A stretch of DNA of 64,000 bases, taken from the NCBI GenBank assembly GCA_965153355.1, contig OZ231126.1, positions 32,984,001 through 33,048,000 on the forward strand. The letters are read 5' to 3'. Position numbers and translations under genes: made by a program. The notes beneath the pieces are model-generated. The model did no database searches and had not been told where the DNA came from. It saw only the letters and a program-made list of their open reading frames with translations. Positions 60,554 through 64,000 of the stretch are shown piece after piece. Position 1 is the stretch's first letter. Each line of letters opens with the position of its first letter. Source of the stretch: Flaccisagitta enflata (Eukaryota).

Positions 60554-62098
60554 TACTTAAAAAAAAATATATATAAAAATTCAAAAAAGAAAAAAAAATC
60601 TAAAAACTCGTTACTCAAAAAATGTTTATTGTAGAGCATTCTGCTTGGCGCCAAATGAAAGAGAATTATCAAATTACTAACCCTGTCAATTTCATGTGAG
60701 ACCTCAATCAGCCGAGTGAGATCTACAACTTTCAAATAAGAAAATGAAAACGATATTTCTCTAAATTTGTTGAAAAGTCAGACTGACTGCAACTTTTTCC
60801 CCAATGACAACAGCAGCAATGATGGAGTGCCTAGATCAAATCCAGATCAATTTTTCAATGAGGTCAGGCTCTTGATATGCAAATGGAATGTGAAAACTGC
60901 TTGGAAATAATGTTTCATTCAAATGCCTAAATTGAGCCCATTCTACTGAATATGGGCAAATACTAAACACCAATTAAATTTTAAAGATTTCCTCCAAATG
61001 CACACTGGCTCATCTAGCAGACAAATTGACTGAATAATGCATTTGGAAATTGTTCAATAATAATTGCTACCGCAGGATGAATGGAGGTACAGACACCGAT
61101 ATTCATACAGTACATCCCATTCAAAGATGGACTAACTAGAGAAGTTATTTTATATGATCGAATTTTATTTTAATTATTTTACATTTAATATTAATATAAA
61201 TCAAAATCTGATCTAATTTTTTAGAAATACTGTGCAGCTACAATTTTTTTAAAATATCCTGAAATCCCTTTAAAACTTTGTTTTGCAAAAATTATATCTA
61301 TTTCATTAGATTGAAATATTCAATTGAATTATTTTCTAGTATAATACGTCACTAATATATAAAATGAATATCAAAGATATCTAGTTCAAATTCAAAAAAT
61401 AGATTAAACATGTTTTTCTAAAAATCTTTAAAATATTGTATTACTTGTAAAGATTATTCATTAAAACAGATTTTTTATAAAAAAACAAGTAAACTATTTT
61501 GCCAAATCACTTAAAAAATATGTTCTCAAGGACATTGATTTGATAAACGATTTTTTTAAAAAGCCAAACAAATCAAACACTCAGCTAATTAAAATATCTA
61601 TCATAAAATTTTAAAAATACCAGTAATGGCAGCTGTCACCGTGAGGAAAACAAGGCCGGATACACGGCAATCCAGTCGCGAACGGTTGGGCAGGAGCAAT
61701 AATGTGAAAACCGCACGGAATTCAAAAATGTGACGGACGGACGGACATACCGATCTACCGACCGACATGGCAAGGTGTAGAGTCGCGTGTCCGCGACTAA
61801 AAATTGTAAGCATAGGTCATTTTTTGCTATACTTTTGTCTTCAGTCATTCAATTTTTTTTTATTTGTTAGATCAAATCAAAAGTAATTGTATCTATTGAT
61901 TGCACTAAAAATCAGAGAAAAACAGAACTGAGCCAAATGAGCTAGATGAGCTATAATATTCAAAATCACTCAACCAAATATCCAGCTAAGCTAACTGAAA
62001 TGCTTTCTTGTATTTGCATGCTAAATTGAAACATTTATTCATCCTATTCAAAATCTAAAAAAAAGACTGAGCTAAATGAACTATATGAGCTAAATGAG

Positions 62099-62833
62099 CA
62101 GGCCTTTTTTTAGAGATTTTTTTGGCAGAGCCAACCGGGCTCTCTCCTCACAATTTTACTGAGCCCGACGGCAAAACAGAGAGCCCGGCAAAAAAACAAT
62201 ACTGGATGGAAGGCTACCTAAATTGCATTTGGGCGGGCAGGGGTAGTGAGGAAATTTGCTAAAAAACATTTGGGCAGGAGAAGTGACATCAAAATCACTT
62301 GTAAATGCAAAAAAAAAAAAAAAAAAAAAAAACAGTGTCACCGACCAATAGAGCAACAGATGGACTAATGAATGGACTGACCAACAGATGGACAGACTGC
62401 CATAGGTTATAGAGCAGCGTGCAAACAACTTGAAAAACTGAACATTTTGCTCTATTTTTCAAAAATGTGTAAGCCTCATGACATTATCATTGTTCAATGG
62501 TAATTTCTCATAACAGAAATAAATTGGATTCATAGAAAGCAAAAATCATCACAGCCTTTATACCATCAATATAAGACGCATTTAGATTTACAAGAAAAAA
62601 AAATGAGATGCTTTACTTGTTGATCAATTCACATTTGACAAGGTCACTATGGTAGAACTTCATTTAAGTCTCTCTCAACTTGTGAATCGGGTTTTCTAAT
62701 TATGATTATAAATCTTCCAATCCTTGGTTTCAATTTTGAGAGAGCCAGCCGGGCTCAGAGCCAGCAGAACTAGAGAGCCCGACAGCAAAATTGAGAGCCA
62801 CGGGCTCGCGGGCTCGCTCTAAAAAAAGGCCTG
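62099..62833. mobile_element. hAT-type MITE
   Basis: TIR CAGGCCTTTTTTT; 8-bp TSD TAAATGAG (62091-62098, 62834-62841). Confidence 0.85.
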
Positions 62834-64000
62834 TAAATGAGCTAGAATACTTAAAAACACCCTCACAGATGAGCAGCTCTGCTCACTGACATGCTTTTTT
62901 ATATCTGCTAGCTTAAACATGTATCAAAATCTTTATTCATTGTGTTTAAAATCAGAAAAAACTGAGCTAAATGAGCTAAAATGCTCAATATCACCCTCGC
63001 AGATGAGCAGCTATGCTTATGAATATGTTTTTTTTATATTTGCAAGCTCAAACAAACAAACACATTCCTTTATTGATCTTACTTAAAATCATAAAATACC
63101 AAAAAAAATAAAATTTGAATTTTTTGAAAATAAATCTTTGAAAATTCATAATGCAAAGAATATTAATCGTAGAGAACTCTGCTTGGCGCCAATGAAAGAA
63201 TTATCAAATTTACTTACCTTATCAATTTCATTGGAGGCCTCAATCAGTCGGATAAGTTCCAAGAATTCCTAATAAGAAAATGAAAACCTTGTTTCTCTTA
63301 AATATGTCAAAAATCTTGGACTGACTTCGACTTTTTTCCCAATAATTAAAATAATTAAAATCAATACTCCAGTTAAAGTCGGGTTTGCTCGAAATGTACT
63401 GTAACTGCGAGCAAAATTTCGACTAATCAACGTTTGTGTCACATTGTCACATTGTTATGACAATTGGTTTTTAGTCGCATGCATGCAACTCCATAATCCG
63501 CTATGTTGGCCGGTCTGTCCATCGGTCAATCTGTCACCTTTTGCTTTTTCGGCGTTTCTTGGTGTTTTTGGTGCTGCTGCCCAAATACCTTTTTCGTCAC
63601 TGCCCCCGCCCACCTGCATGCGACTATAGTAGCCGTGTATCCGGCCTTGTTTTTATGTACTACCACTAAGATTGAATCTCACTGGCTGATATTTCAAACC
63701 CCATCCTCTCCTTGAAAGAAAAAAAAAAAACAATAGGTGAACTGCCATTTCTTTCTAACCCAACACAAGTATTGAGAGTAAAATCGTTTAAACTTCAACC
63801 TGAACATATATACACACAAATATCATTCACACACTGTACACAAACAAAATGTCTTTCTTCTGTTCTTCGCCGTGAGATAAAGTCTGGTTGATCTGGATAA
63901 TTAAATTTGCTAAAATAAAGTCACTAACAGAGATGAAGTTAATGGGTCGTGGAGAGGATCAAGAAAAATGAGCGAGTTTTTTTTTAGGTCTCTTGTAATC

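Noticed and set aside
63360-63910. Short exon-like minus-strand stretches at the window end
   Set aside because: No recognisable motif and more than one open frame; cannot be linked to the receptor's missing 5' end.

Overview
Repeat-rich animal genomic DNA: spliceosomal introns, microsatellites and nested transposons, with no prokaryotic features. (1) A large minus-strand multi-exon gene, built here by hand. About 20 consecutive exons from 26225 down to the stop at 4212 join in frame, and further EGF exons lie up to 37103; the start codon was not found. It encodes a single-pass membrane protein with a three-fold repeat of [EGF-like repeats - hevein/chitin-binding-like 'DGRCG..CDP..CC..C..C.C..CxDY' domain - an 8-Cys 'WC..WxYCC.P' module], and two junctions need GC-AG introns. 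(2) An intronless RING-CH (MARCH-like) E3 ligase ORF at 37538-38599, on the same strand and apparently inside an intron of that gene. (3) A 5'-truncated, frameshifted CR1-type LINE, an internally deleted pogo/Tigger element, and many non-autonomous Helentron/HINE-like, hAT-like and Mutator-like elements. (4) A 15.5-kb X-Y-X(inverted)-Y structure (41669-57220) bounded by a 10-bp target duplication, with a split 9-bp internal duplication. This is the product expected when a Mutator-like transposon inserts hybrid ends into a copy of itself. All family assignments are by eye, without database searches.
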